Shown piece by piece: positions 29,374 through 43,056 of a DNA stretch of 64,000 bases. The notes beneath the pieces are model-generated. The model was not told where the DNA came from. It did no database searches and saw only the letters and a program-made list of their open reading frames with translations. The position numbers were made by a program, and so were the translations under genes. The stretch comes from the human T2T-CHM13v2.0 reference genome, Homo sapiens. Position 1 is the first letter of the stretch. Each line of letters opens with the position of its first letter. The stretch is taken from NCBI RefSeq assembly GCF_009914755.1, contig NC_060938.1; one strand, written 5' to 3'.

Positions 29374-31650
29374 TTCCTGTCTTCTTATATTAATAAGAAA
29401 AATAAAATGAAATAGTGGTAAAGTGTTGGGATGGTGAAAATTTTGGGGGGTAGTATGGAGAGATAATGGGCGATGTTTCTCAGGGCTGCTTCGAGCGGGA
29501 TTAGGGGCGGCATGGGAACCTAGAGTGGGAGAGATTAAGCTGAAGGAAGATTCTGTGGTAAGAGGTGATATTGTGGGACTGTTAGAAGAAACGTTTGTCA
29601 TTTAGAATTATTGGTGATGGCCTGGATATGGTTTGGTATGAATTGAAAAACTAAACGGAATAAGAGAAGGAGAAAAACAGGTATTAAAGGTCTAAGAATT
29701 GAGAGGACCTAGGACATCTAATTAGAGTGCCTAAGGAAATTCAGCATAGTCCTGTCAGCAAAGATTATTTATTTACTTCAAGAGTTAAGAGTGGCAGTTT
29801 GGGGATAGCACCAGGAGATATCAGCTGTGATGGCTTGGAGAAACAGTGTAAACCGGCAGTGTAAACAAGAGCAGGGCATGTATGAGTAGTTGAGAATGGT
29901 GAATAGGAGTATGACTAGACAGAAGATAGTAGGGATGACAGGTTTTTTTGGGGGGCACAGTGTAAGTTAGTCTGGTGTCTGGAATGAGACTGGGGCCTAA
30001 TAAAAAGGATCATCTATACAGGAGCTCAAATGGGCTGTACCCTGTAGCATTCTGAGGACAGGTCTGACTTCTGAGAAGAGAAAGTGGTAAAAGTATCGTC
30101 TAGTCCTTTTTAAGTTGGTGGCTGAGCTTGGTGAGGTGTGTTTTTAAAAGACCATTAGTCTGTTCTACTTTTCCTGAAGACTAAGGACTACAAGGGATAT
30201 AAAGATTTCACTGAATACTAAGAGCCTGAAAAACTGCTTGGCTGATTTGACTAATAAAGGCTGGTCTGTTATCAGACTGTATAGAGGTGAGAAGGCTAAA
30301 CTGAGGAATTATGTCTGACAGAAGGGAAGAAATGACTGCGGTGGCCTTCTCAGACCCTGTAGGAAAGGACTCTACCTATCCAGTGAAAGTGTCTACCTAG
30401 ACTAAGAGGTATTTTAGTTATCTGACTTGGGGCATGTTGAGTAAAGCTAATTTGCCAGTCCTGGGTGGGGGCAAATCCTCGAGCTTGATGTGTAGGGAAG
30501 GGAGGGGGGCCTGAATAATCCTTGAGGAGTAGTAGAATAGCAGATGGAACAGTGAGAAGTTATTTCCTTGAGGATAGATTTCCATGGTGGAAAGGAAATG
30601 AGAGGTTTTAAGAGGCGGGCTAGTGACTCGTACTATAGCATAGCCTGCCTTTGCTGGTGTGTGGCGATTAGGCCTGGTGGAACTGCCATTAATAAATCAA
30701 GTGTGATCAGGGTGAGGAATAGGAAAGAAGGAAATATGGGGAAATGGGGTGAATGTCAGGTGGATCAGAGAGATACAGTCATGAGGGTCAGGTGTGGTAT
30801 CCAGAATAATGTGGGAGGCCGAAATGAAGTCCGGGCCAGAACAATGGTAATTGTGGAACTTAACAAAGAGTGAGTACAGCTGAAGGAGCTGGGGAGCAGA
30901 AAGTATATGCGTCAGGTATGAGGAAGAAAATAGATTTTGGAAGTTATGAGAAATGTAGAGAGTACGTTGAGCATAGTTTGTGATTTTGAGGGCCTCTAAA
31001 AGTATTAGGGTGGCAGCAGCTGCTGCACAGAGACATGATGGCTAGGCTAAAAACAGTAAGGTCAAGTTGTTTGGACAGAAAGGCTACAGGGTGCAGTCCT
31101 GGCTCTTGTGTAAGAATTCTGACTGCACTAACCATGCCTAGGAAGGGAAGGAGTTGTTGTTTTATAAGGGATTGAGGTTTGGGAGATTGATCGGACACGA
31201 TCAGCAGGGAAAGCATGTGTGTTTGTATGAGAATTATGCCGAGATAGGTAACAGATGAGGATGAAATTTGGGCTTGACTGAAGTAATGGGGGCTGTCTGT
31301 GAAGCCTTGCGGCAGTACAGCCCGGGTAATTTGCTGAGCCTAATGGGTGTCAGGGTCAGTCTAAGTGAAAGCAAAGGGAGGCTGGGACAAGGGGTGCAGG
31401 GGAATAGTGAAAAAAGCATCTTTAAGATCGAGAATGGAATAGTGAGTTATGGAGGAAGGTATTGAGGACAAAAGAGTGTACGGGTTGGTCACCACAGGAT
31501 AGATAGGCAAAACAATTTGGTTGATAAGGCGCAGATCCTGAACTAATCTGTAAGACTTGTTGGGTTTTTGGACAGGTAAAATGGGGGAATTGTAAGGAGA
31601 GTTTATAGGTTTTAGAAGCCCATGCTGTAGCAGGCAAGTGATAACAGGCT

Positions 31651-32175
31651 TTAATCCTTTAAAGCGTGCTGTGGGATGGGATATTGGCGTTGAGCAGGGT
31701 AAGGGTGATTAGGTTTTAATCGGATGGTAATGGGCATGTGATCGGTTGCCAGGGAAGTAGAGATGTCCCATACTTGTGGGTTAAGGTGGGGGGATAGGAG
31801 AGGAAGACACGAAGGAGGCTTTGGGTTGGGGAGAAGGGTGGCAATGAGATGCGGCTGTAGTCCAGGAATAGTCAGGGAAGCAGATAATTTGGTTAAAATA
31901 TCTCGGCCTAATAAGGGAACTGGGCAGGTGGGGATAACTAAAAAAGAGTGCATAAAAGAGTGTTGTCCAAGTTGGCACCAGAGTAGGGGAGTTTTCAGGG
32001 GTTTAGAAGCCTGGCCGTCAATACCCACAACAGTTATGGAGGCAAGGGAAACAGGCCCTTGAAAAGAAGGTAATGTGGATTGGGTAGCCTCCGTATTGAC
32101 TAAAGGGACGGACTTACCTTCCACTATGAGAGTTACCCGAAGCTTGCGTGATGGTCTATGGGGCTTCCAAGGCAA
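31651..32175 (-). pseudogene. HERV-H protease and start of pol, remnant
   Basis: LVNTEATQSTL (decayed DTGA active site), PLLGRDILTKL and QRQYPIP are gammaretrovirus-like pro/pol motifs. Confidence 0.88.
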
Positions 32176-32289
32176 TTGGGCAGCGTCAGTCTTCAGCTGC
32201 TAAGCCCAGAAGGAGTCAGTCAGAGAGCCTTGGGCCAGAGTTCCAGGGGCTCTGGGAATGGCTGCCAGGTGAGTTGAACAGTCCGATTT

Positions 32290-32526
32290 CTAGTGGGGTC
32301 CCACACAGATGGGACACAGCTTAGGAGGAATCCTGGGCTGCAGGCATTCCTTGGCCTGGTGGTCAGATTTCTGGCACTTGTAGAAAGCTCCTGGAGGAGG
32401 AGTTTCTGGAGGAACGCCTGGCCGCTGCAGTTCAGGCATTTGGAAGTTCTTGTGTGCTGGAGATGTGGCTGGGGTTTGTCTCACAGTGCAGGCAAGGAAT
32501 TCCAACATTTTTCTATTATTGTACAC
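32290..32526 (-). pseudogene. HERV-H gag nucleocapsid remnant
   Basis: Zinc-knuckle remnants YKCQKSDHQAKEC and CPICVGPH followed by a stop. Confidence 0.85.
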
Positions 32527-33429
32527 CTTGAAGGCGAGGTTAATTAAGTCCTGTTGTGGGGTTTGAGGGCCGGAATTTAATTTTTGGAGTTTTATTTAAT
32601 GTCGGGAGCAGATTGGGTAATAAAATGTATTTTGAGAATAAGACGGCCTTTTGACGTTTTAGGGTCTAGGGCTGTAAAGTGTCTCAGGGTTGCTGCCAAA
32701 CAAGTCATGAACTGGGCTGGATTTTTATATTTTATGAAAAAGAGCCTAAATGCTACCTGATTTGGGATAAAGGAAAAGGAGCATTAACCTTGACTATTCC
32801 TTTAGCTCCAGCCACATTTTTAAGAGTAAATTGCTGGGCAGGTTGGGGAGGGCTAATCACGGAATGAAACTGTAAGCCAGACCAGGTGTGAGGAGGGGAG
32901 GTGATAAAAGGATTATAGGGTGGAGGAGCAGAGGCTGAGGAAGAATTGGGACCTAGCTCACCTGGCAAGGAGCAGCCTGGGGAGGAGGGGAGAGGTCAGA
33001 TGGTTCTGTAGAAAAGGAAGATTAGAAAGACTCAGTGACGCTTGGGGTTGGGACTGAGGGGACAGGAGGGAGGGAAAGAAGGAAGATTTGGGATGAGTTG
33101 CACTGGGCACAGAGACTAGGGAGGGACCGATGTGTAAAAGAATGCCTGGACGTCAGGCACCTCAGACCGTTTGCACATTTTACGACAAGAATCATTTAGG
33201 TCTTGCAGGATGGAAAAATTGAAAGTGTCATTTTCTGGCTATTTGGAACTACTGTCGAGTCTGTATTGGGGTCAAATGGCATTGCAGAAGAAAATAAGAT
33301 GCTTAGATTTTAGGTCAGGTGAGAGTTGAAGAGGTTTTAAGTTCTTAAGAACACAGGCTAAGGGAGAAGGAGGAGGAATGGAGGGTGGAAAGTTGCCCAT
33401 AGTGAAGGAGGCAAGCCTAGAGAAAAGAG

Positions 33430-33790
33430 AGAGTAGAGACACGGAGGGAAGGGGTTCAGGGGTTCTTACCCTCCAGAAAATCGGGAAAGGGGTCGAGGCA
33501 CAGAGATACGAGGTTGGGGCGTGGAAATAAGGGATTGGGGTGCAGAGATTTAAGAGGTTGGGGTGTGGAAATAAGGGATTGGGGCACAGAGATATAAGGG
33601 GTTGGGGTAGTTGCCCCTCCCCCCGAAAAGTGGGACTTGCCGCTAAGGGTGAAGGAGAAGGGGTTGGGGGTTTCTTGCCCCCCAGAAAGGCAGAGAAGGG
33701 GTAGAGACACGGAGAGAAGGGGTTGGGGTACTTGCCCCTTCCCCAGAGAAGCGGGACTTGCTGCTAAGGGTGAAGGACCAAGGCAGGTGT
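33430..33790 (-). repeat. Imperfect G-rich tandem repeats in the HERV-H 5' leader
   Basis: Recurring 'gaggttgggg.gtggaaataagggattgggg' and 'gggacttgc.gctaagggtgaagga' units. Confidence 0.75.
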
Positions 33791-34058
33791 CCCTGCATGG
33801 TCTGACACCTCTGAAACCTGGGTGAATAATCAGAGAGATGTCCCTGCAATGATTAAACACCAAGGGAAGGCTGCCTTCCCTAGTCTGTGACCGGTGCTGG
33901 AGTTTTGGGTCCACGGATAAAACGTGTCTCCTTTGTCTTTACCAGAAAATGAAAGGAATTGAAATTAAGAGAAGGGAGAGATTGAAGTGTGGTGCCAAGA
34001 TTGAAAGGAGAAAGAGATTGAGGGATAGGGAGGTTGGAGAAGAGAGTAAAAAGAGGCC

Positions 34059-34067
34059 ACTTACCAG
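34059..34067 (-). promoter_or_regulatory. HERV-H leader splice donor
   Basis: Minus strand CTG|GTAAGT about 125 nt downstream of the primer-binding site, where the major HERV-H donor is expected. Confidence 0.7.
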
Positions 34068-34190
34068 ATTTGAAATTGGTGAGATGTTTCTTGGGCTGGT
34101 TAATCTGAGGACCTGAGGTCATAGGTGGATCTTTCTCATGGAGCAAAGAGCAGGAGGACAGGGGATTGATCTCCCAAGGGACGTCCCCCG

Positions 34191-34208
34191 ATCCGAGTCA
34201 CGGCACCA
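34191..34208 (-). promoter_or_regulatory. Primer-binding site for tRNA-His
   Basis: TGGTGCCGTGACTCGGAT is an 18/18 complement of the tRNA-His(GTG) 3' end including CCA. Confidence 0.95.
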
Positions 34209-34210
34209 AA

Positions 34211-34619
34211 TTTCATGTGTGTCCATGTGAAGAGACCACCAAACAGGCTTTGTGTGAGCAATAAAGCTGTTTATTTCACCTGGGTGCAGGCGGGCTGAGT
34301 CCGAAAAGAGAGCGAAGGGAGATAGGGGTGGGGCCATTTTATAGGATTTGGGTAGGTAAAGGAAAATTACAGTCAAAGGGGGGTTGTTCTCTGGCGAGCA
34401 GAGTGGGGGTCACAAGGTGCTCAGTGGGGGAGCTTTTGAGCCAGGATGAGCCAGGAGAAGGAATTTCACAAGACAATGTCATCAGTTAAGGCAGGAACAG
34501 GCCATTTTCACTTCTTTTGTGGTGGAATGTCATCAGTTGAGGCAGGAACCGGCCATCTGGATGTGTATGTGCAGGTCACAGGGGATATGATGGCTTAGCT
34601 TGGGCTCAGAGGCCTGACA
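34211..34619 (-). promoter_or_regulatory. HERV-H 5' LTR (LTR7, 409 bp), candidate promoter/enhancer
   Basis: TATAAAA on - at 34337-34343; ACAAAAGA motif at 34513-34520; duplicated GGCC.GTTCCTGCCT.AACTGATGACATT U3 repeats. Confidence 0.9.
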
Positions 34620-35312
34620 GTCAGTATGTTGTTACACCTCTCTTCCAAACTCATCAAATTTTAAAAGGCTTTAATAAGAAATAATTTACTAAAGATTTAG
34701 TGGGGAAGATCACTCATACTAGACCAACTCATGCTAGAAACTTAGTGAATTTCTTCAGTAGGTATATATGTTCTTCTCTCCAGGGTTTCTCCAATCTCTT
34801 GACCTCCTCATTTCTCTGCTTTTTCCTCACTCTGTGGATCTCCTTTATTACCCTAAGCAGTTCTGCTTAGTCTATTCTTTTGGCAAAACATAAGTCTGGT
34901 GGTTAATGGAATGGTGAATACTTGTTGCTTCCTAAGCAATGGCATTTGAAGGGTTTCAGTGCAGTCCAAGTAGCTTACCTAAATAGTAACAACAAATTAA
35001 ACTCATTCTGTGAACTAATTATGAGGTAATAGATACTCAGATGAATATGCAATAAAATCTGCACTGGCTAAGAAAAATTAATAAAACTAGTGACTTACAG
35101 TCTGGATCTGAAGAACACATAAGGATCTTCCAGGTAGATAAGTTGAAGGTGCATTTCAGATAAAAGCGGAGGGTATGAACAGAGCATGAAGAATGAAAAG
35201 TGCATGCCTTGGAGGAAGTTGTAGTTTGCTATGGTTAAATTATGGCTACTGAGAGTGTTAAAGAAAATTAAAATGGAGACAAGGCCTAAAGAATGCCTGG
35301 GGAGACAAAGCC

Positions 35313-35678
35313 TGTTATGCCTCATAAGTGACCTTAGTCTTGCTTAATTTGCAAGTATAAACAACACTTAACTTGGGCTACTTCTTGTATATGCCTTTGA
35401 GAAAAATAAAACTTAAGGCTAACAAATCAGAAGCTACCAACTAATTTTTGTAACTAGGGACTTCCCAGCAAGGTAGATCAAATAAGGCAACTGTATAACT
35501 GTAACCAATCAAATATTTTTGTTGCTTTATTTCTGTTTGCCTTATAAAAACCTTCCTCTTGTATTCCCTTGACAGTGCTCCCAAACCACTTCTAGTTTGT
35601 GGTTGCCTGATTCTTGAATTATTATTTGCTCAAATAAATTATTTAAAATTTTATGGTGTCTCAGTTTAGCGTTTAACA
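35313..35678 (+). mobile_element. ERV1-class solo LTR (MER57/MER34-like; family uncertain)
   Basis: TGTTA...TTTAACA termini; internal aaccaatc, cttataaaa and ctcaaataaa occur in LTR order. Confidence 0.65.
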
Positions 35679-35971
35679 AGGGCAAAAGGATGCCTAAATA
35701 TGAGGTTGAAGTAGTAGTCATGAAAGGTCTTAAATGGCATGCTGTGGAATCCAGGTATTTCCTTTAGGCAAAAGTGAGCCATAGGAAAGTAATTCCTAGC
35801 TTGATAGCTGGTTGGCTAGGTAAGTAAACAAAATAAATACCAATTATTAAATGCACTCTTAATAATTATTGATTGTACTTATTTTATGTTTACTTATTTC
35901 ACATAACCATATACTCATTTTATAAAACTATACTTGTGGACAGGTGGCAAAATTAAGTGAATTATATCTAT

Positions 35972-36107
35972 ATTTTTCTTTTTTAACTTTTAAGTTCAGG
36001 GGTATAAGCACAGGTTTGTTACATAAGTAAACTTGTGTTATGGGGGTTTGTTGTACAGATTATTTCATCAGCCAGGTATTAAGCTTAGTATCCTTTAGAT
36101 ATTTTTT
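35972..36107 (-). mobile_element. Short older L1PA 3'-end fragment
   Basis: 'acttttaagttcaggggta...caggtttgttacataagtaaacttgtg'. Confidence 0.85.
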
Positions 36108-39009
36108 CAACTATTTTAAAATTTTCTATCTTTATCGTCCTTCCTTTCACTTAGAACTGCTTATTTCCTGTTATAGTAATGCCATTATACCACAGTTACC
36201 ACTTTCCACTTACTGAGATCAATGCAGTATAAATAAGGGCATTTAAACCCAAACATTTCCAAGTAGATTTCAGGAATTAGAATGTTTTCATTGTTTTCTG
36301 TGCTTCCTCATTTATTCATTCATAAAATATTTATTGAAAAAGTACTATGTGACTGGCCCCATGACACACATAGGATTGTATAGTTTTTGTAGCTGGACCC
36401 TTTCGTTTCCTGTGACATGCTTTATTCAGTAGTTATGTAATTTTACAAATAAGTTTCAGGATGTGAAAAGACTTGCCCAAGATCATAGCCTTAGTGGTGG
36501 CATAGACTGTACTAGGAATCAGGACTCCAGATACTTTTTCTCAGTACCTTCGAGTAAACGTCTGATCTGTAGCATAGGGAAACTGGTTGGATTGCATAAG
36601 GAGTTAATACATTGTCCAGATGCCATAATCAATGAGAGGCTGATCAATGAGTTTGGTCAGAATTTGCTGATGTTATAAATCATGGAAGGTTGACTGACTG
36701 TGCTGCAGCTATAAATATCAGGAAATTCTTCATTACTTAGGGGAAATACTCAACATTTCACAATTAATGGATCACTGATTTCACTTTTTTATTTTTAAAA
36801 TGTTTTGGGCTGCCTTATAGATGAATCAGGGGTTAGTAACTGCATATTATTAAATTCCTTGTAGAAACATCGGATTTGAAATCAAAAGAAATGATTTTGC
36901 TTGCGTTCAGGATCCATCATGTCCTATTGAGAGAACTTGTCTATAAATAACAACAATCAAAATTTGTTATTTCAAATGAGTATTTTGAGAAAAGCATTGC
37001 AAAAGCATAAGGGGCTATAATATGATATTTCAGAATTTACTCAAAATAATTATTAAGTATTCTTAATTAAAAGTGATAAGAAGATATGGTAATTTCTATA
37101 TAATTCTAAAAGTGAATTTAATTTTTTTAAATATTGAAAATATAAGAGTAGCAAGATAAATTACTACTTTTGTTTTCTAAAAGTGCTACTGAAATTCTAT
37201 GCTCTTTGGACCTGGATTTTTAATCATCATTTTTATTCAATAATCTATGCCTAGGAAACTTATAATTTAGGTTTTTATTCATATAATAGTCTTAGTAATT
37301 ACTAATAGTGTTTTTAGTGTACACCATAGTAATGATTTACATACAATCAAGTCTTGAAATGATTATTAATAGAATTATTATAAACCCCATTTTATAGCCA
37401 AGAACACCTGAAAGTTGAGGAACTTGCTTAAGTTCATATAGCTACTTAATAATAATTGGTGCAATATACAGCTAGAACCAAAATTTGTGCGTAGGGACAG
37501 TGACACCAGCACCTAAGCTAATGTACCCTTCTGTTAAAACAATTTGTTAGTATATCAAAAATAAGTTTTATGTAATTTTAATGGATGTGAATAAACTCAA
37601 TTTGATTTTGTTGTCACCTATCATACTAAAAGACTAAAATATAAAAATATTTCCTCTGTTTATTGAAAAATATGTGTTTGCGATAGTGTGGAAAGGCTTT
37701 AAGCAAATGCTTGTCATCTTTATAGTTTGTCTTCAAGGGTTGTACATTTTTTACCCTTGAGCATTTACTAGAATGGCTTGTGAAGTCACATCAACTTCAG
37801 ATCACATCTGCCTTCCATCACCAAGTTCCTGTTATTCTAAAGAACCCAGAAGCAAAGCTTGAATGCATTTAGTAGTAAGAACAGGTGCTCACCGATACCA
37901 CTAGTTATTTAGCATAACTAGATTCAGCCTTATTCAAGCCTGGAAACTAAAAGGTCATCCAACTGAAAATGTCTTCCATCTGTTTTTATTATTCTCCTGT
38001 CCAGCATTGTGTTTTGCTGTTTATACATAAAATGAGTTCATAATAAAACATTTTTAAAAAATTACTGGCAACTTGAGGTAAAACGCTTTTGCTTTGAAGT
38101 ATTTAATAGGATGGTTATTTTAAAATTTAAATATTATAGGCTTTTAAATTATTTTAATATGACAATTATGACAGCAGAAATTTAACTGGAAATATTCCTC
38201 ATGGTATTTCCTATTATTAGTACTTCCCATTATAATATGGATTAAAATATTAAAATAGTTTAAATTATCTTCAAGAAGGTGAGAACAATGCTATATGATA
38301 TATTTTTATATGTATGTATGGTACATGATATAAATGTATATACATACATTTATATGTATTATTATTTATATTTATGCTAAATCATATATTTTCTAGAAAT
38401 ATGTGGTTTCCTATATACTATTTATTTGTTGATTCATTTATAATTCTCAATTATTTTACACCTACTACAGTTAATGAAATATAATGGTGATCCACTAATG
38501 CACAAAATAGACTTGATTTATCTCTAGAGAGACAATAAATATTAACCTGACAGTGACATAACTAATATGAGCATTACAATTGTGACATATTTTGAAGAAG
38601 TACATGATACTGTTTATGTAATTAAATATTTATACCAATAAAGCTGGGTTAGTGCATTATACCAGTAAGTTTAAATACAGTTTATGAATAACTATCAGAA
38701 AATAATTGAGGGATCTAATCAATTCATTTAGCAAAATTTTTATTTATGCTGAGAAATAAATAAGATTGCTTATAACCTGTAGTAGCTTATGGTCTGAGGG
38801 TGGAGTCAGAAGAGAAAACAAGATACTGGTAATGCAGCTTGTTAAGTGTTATCGTGGGGAAGCAGAGGAGCCCTGGAGGCATAAAAGAGGTGCCCTCATG
38901 CACAGTGAGGGGGCTTGGGAAGTTACACTGACTTTGAAACTGAGACCCAAGGAGACTTGGAGTTCCCAACTATGTATTTGTGTCATTTTAGTGTTGTGAA
39001 TAACTTACA

Positions 39010-39820
39010 CATATCATAATTGATACATGCAATTTTAAAACCTCTGTATATCAAAAACAATAATAAACAAAGGCAGGGAGAAACCCTTGAAAAGATATTT
39101 TCAACATGCAGACAGGTTAAAAAAAGTTATCAGCATTAATGTCTACACAGCTCTTTTTGAAGCAATACAAACTACTCAGTTGAAAAAAATGAACACAGGA
39201 CACAAAATGACATTTCAAATAATAAATACAATGGCCAACTAAGAGAGGGGTAAATGCCGAGCTTAATAGGAATCAAAGATGTGAGTAAAGCAAGATACTT
39301 AGGCAGAGATATTTTTTAATATTTGAAATCAATATTGATTAGAGAAAAGAAGCACTCATTAGCCCTGCTGTTAGGAATGAAAATGAAGTGAAAACTTTGG
39401 AGGATTTTGTTAATGTATACTGAAATTTAAAACATACCTATCCTTTTGACAGAAGTTCTAATGTTAGAAATTTCTCCAGAGGGAAGTGATTGGACAATTG
39501 GATGGAGACTTAGACTCATCATAATACTTATATCAAAAAATTATTAATGTAAATGTTTTATTGGAATTGTAAATAAAATTAGGAATATTTACTGGAATAC
39601 TCTGGAAGTTATTAAAATTATTATGTACATATGTTCAACACATATAAATGAAACAAATTCCAAAACTAAGAACATGATTTCATTTAAAAAATGACTTGTC
39701 CATATGCATAAAATATGAAGCATATACTCTAAAATATACAAGTAGTGTTAAATTACAGGTGATTCTTTGAAATTCCCCTTTAGTTTGTTTTTCAACAATG
39801 AATATGTATTGCTTATGTAA
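39010..39820 (+). mobile_element. Decayed L1M (ME-like) 3' region
   Basis: A-rich sense sequence resembling the end of ORF2 ('aaatgaacacaggacacaaaatgacatttc...tatccttttgac'). Confidence 0.55.
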
Positions 39821-39827
39821 TAAAGAA

Positions 39828-41198
39828 ATACAAAAACAGACGCAAAGATGAATGGAACAGAAGAGAGAGAACAGAAATAAGACTGCACACCTATGACCAT
39901 CTGACCTTTAACAATGCAGACAAAAACAAGCAATGGGGAAAGGACTCCCTATTTCGTATTATAAATGGTGCTGGGATAACTGGCTAGCCATATGCAGAAG
40001 TTTGAAACTGGACCCCTTCCTTACACCATATACAAAAATCAACTCAAGATGAATTAAAGACTTAAACATAAAACCCTGAACTATAAAAACCCTGGAAGAC
40101 AACCTAGGCAATATCATTCTGCACATAGGAATGGGCAGGGATTTCATGACAAAGACACTAGAAATAATCATAACAAAAGCAGAAATTGGCAGGTGAGATC
40201 TAATCAAACTTAAGAGCTTCTGCACAGCAAAAGAAACCATCAACAGAGTAAATAGACAACCTACAGAATGGGAGAAAATATTTGCAAACTATGCATCTGA
40301 CAGTGGTCTAATATCCACCATCCATGAGGAACTTAAACGAATTTACAAGAAAAAAAAATCATTAAAAAGTGGACAAAGGACATGAACAGACACTTTTCTA
40401 AATACATACATGCAGCCACCAAGCATGTGAAAAAAAGCTCAATATCACTGATCATTAGAGAAATGCAAGTCAAAACCACAATGAGTTACTATCTCACAAC
40501 AGTTAGAATGGCTATTAGTAAAAGCCAAAAAAATAACACATTCTGGTGAGGCTGTGGGGAAAATGGAACACTTATACACAGTTGTGGGAGTGTAAATTAG
40601 TTCAACCATTGTGGAAAGCAGTATGGCGACTCCACAAAGATCTAAAAACAGAACTACCATTCGACCCAGCAATTCCATTACTGGATATACACCCAAAGGA
40701 ATATAAATCATTCTGCCATAAGGAGGCATGCATGTGAATGTTTATTACAGCACTATCTACAATAGCAAAGACCTGGAATCAACCTAAATGCCCTTCAAAG
40801 AGAGATTGAATAAATAAAACGTGGTACTTATACACCGTGGAATACTGTGCAGCCATAAAAAAGAATGAGATTACGTCTTTTGCAGGAACATGGATGGAGC
40901 TGGAGGCCATTATCTTTGCCATGCTAATGCAGGAACAGAAAACCAAATGCTGCATGTTTTCACTTATAAGTGGGGAGCTAAATGATGAGAGCTCATGAAC
41001 AGAAAGAGGGGAACAACAGACACTGGGGCCTACCTGATGGTGGAGGATGGAGGGAGAGTAGCAGGAAAAACTACTGAGAATTAGGCTTAGTACTTGGGTG
41101 ATGAAATAGTCTATACAACAAACCCCCCATAGCATGAGTTTACCTATATAATAAACCTGCACATGTACTCTTGAACGTAAAATAAAAGTTAACAAAAA
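39828..41198 (+). mobile_element. 5'-truncated older L1PA/L1PB, about 1.4 kb
   Basis: Sense ORF2 C-terminus (ORF 40546-40737 'KLVQPLWKAVWR...[10 protein letters not shown]') plus 3' UTR ending aaaataaaagttaa. Confidence 0.9.
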
Positions 41199-42687
41199 GA
41201 AACATATCTAAGTGGAAGTTTTAGATAATTCGAAAATTCCTAAACTTTTACTCTCAATTTTGATCTAGATTGTCACTATAAATTCCATTGAGAATTTAGT
41301 GCTCAAAAATCAGGATAAGCTCAAGAAATAGCATATTTTTAAAATCTGGAAGCAAAATATTTCAAGAATAATCAACTGTCTACCTAAAATATTACTTCAT
41401 TTACAAAATTCCATTATAATTTATTTTAAAAAACACTACTACATAAAACATATTATATCAGAAAAATTAAGTCATAGAAGATAGTGAAATATAGTCATTA
41501 ACAAGAGGAACAAAGAAGACGTAGATAAATAAATATATATATACACACACATATACAAATAAAAGGCCCATGTGATCAAAATCAGCAATAATTTTAGATG
41601 AATAAATGAAAATGTTTGTACACATAAAATGTGGAAAGAGCCTATTGTAGATAAATTGGTAAAGTAAGACATTTAATGATGGATCTTACAGAGTTTTAAA
41701 TCAGAAAAATATTTCAGTGAGCACAGGGAAAGATATTTTAGCAGAAGAGGTATTCTGTATTAGGTTTACAATAAAACTAAAATATGAGATTCCCAATTAT
41801 GCCATTCATCACCTAGCTTGGTCAATTTTCTGAGAGTCCTCAGTAGAGTCTAAGTTCTGTTTTGTTAAAGTGTTTCTCACTGTTGTATACTCAATGTCTT
41901 ACACTGTTCCCCATCACATGATTGAATGTTGACTGTCTACTATGAGATAGACAAGGCAGCTATTCCTTTAGAAATGTAGAACCTGAAGCTCAGGAATAAT
42001 ACTGGAGACAAGATTGAAAATTAGATATTTTCATTCTAAGTCTATGATTTTTGGTTTTGCTGTGCTGGTGAAATGTAACCAGCAAGTAATTAATAAGATT
42101 GAATCCAATACTTTGGATCATTAGCTAGGGAGATAAAGATGATTTAAGATGAAATAATAGTGAAGGATTTTGAAATTCGTATCACAATTTTTAATTTGAA
42201 TTGAGAGCTCTGCATCCCTCTGGAAAAAGAATCTCTTCCTTGGGCAGGATACTACTAGCTATTAAATTGTATGTAAATGCAAGTGGAAATTGACAATAAA
42301 GAAACATGTGAGTGTGTTGAGATGTAACGTTCATACTTAGCTTACTGAAGAAACAGTTCTAACTATTTTGAGAATATATTTGTAGAAGAAGATTTTATGA
42401 GATCCCTGGTAATTCACTTCATTACCTTAATAATCATATAGTCTAAATTTCCTTATTATTCTCTCATATATAACTCAGCTTATTGATGAAAAAATTATCT
42501 AACATTTATTAAATGTTTACTTTCTGCCTAGCACTTGCTTAATGTTTTCCATTAGCTTTTTCAAATAATCCTCCCAACAATACTGTGAAGTATGTATATT
42601 ATTATTCCTACTTTACAAATGGTGGCATACTTGAGATTAAATAATTTGTCCAAAATTATTTAGCTGATACACGATACATGGGAATTT

Positions 42688-43056
42688 TTTTCTTTTTTGA
42701 AATTTTAATTTTAGGTTTAGGGGTACATGTGAAGGTTTGTTACATAGATAAACATGTGTCACAGGGGTTTGTTAGCCACATTATTACACCACCGAGGTAA
42801 GAAGCTCAATACCCAATAGTTACCTTTTCTTCTCCTCTCCCTTTTCCTACCATCCACCCTCAAGTAGACCGCAGTGTCTGTTGTTTCATTGTTTGTGTTC
42901 CTAAATTCTTATCATTTAACTACCAGTATAAGTGAATACATGCAGTATTTGGTTTTCCATTCCTGTGTTAGTTTGCTAAGGATGATAGCCTTCAGCTCCA
43001 TCCATGCTCCTGCAAAAGACATGACTTCCTTTTTTTAACAGCTGCGTACTATTCCA
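42688..43056 (-). mobile_element. Older L1PA 3' fragment inserted into a MIR (about 42520-43090)
   Basis: Perfect 15-bp TSD gatacatgggaattt at 42673-42687 and 43057-43071; MIR-like sequence on both sides. Confidence 0.9.

Larger units (their letters stand above)
28947..34619 (-). mobile_element. HERV-H provirus, 5673 bp, of the common pol/env-deleted type
   Basis: Two LTR7 copies, His primer-binding site, gag CCHC and protease remnants; perfect TSD GTCAG at 28942-28946 and 34620-34624. Confidence 0.97.

Noticed and set aside
34191-34208. Match to tRNA-His
   Set aside because: Only the 18-nt retroviral primer-binding site; there is no cloverleaf.
35099-35248. Minus-strand exon-like segment (ctctcag| ... 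ACT|gtaagt)
   Set aside because: It lies in L2-like decayed repeat sequence and has no supporting partner exons.
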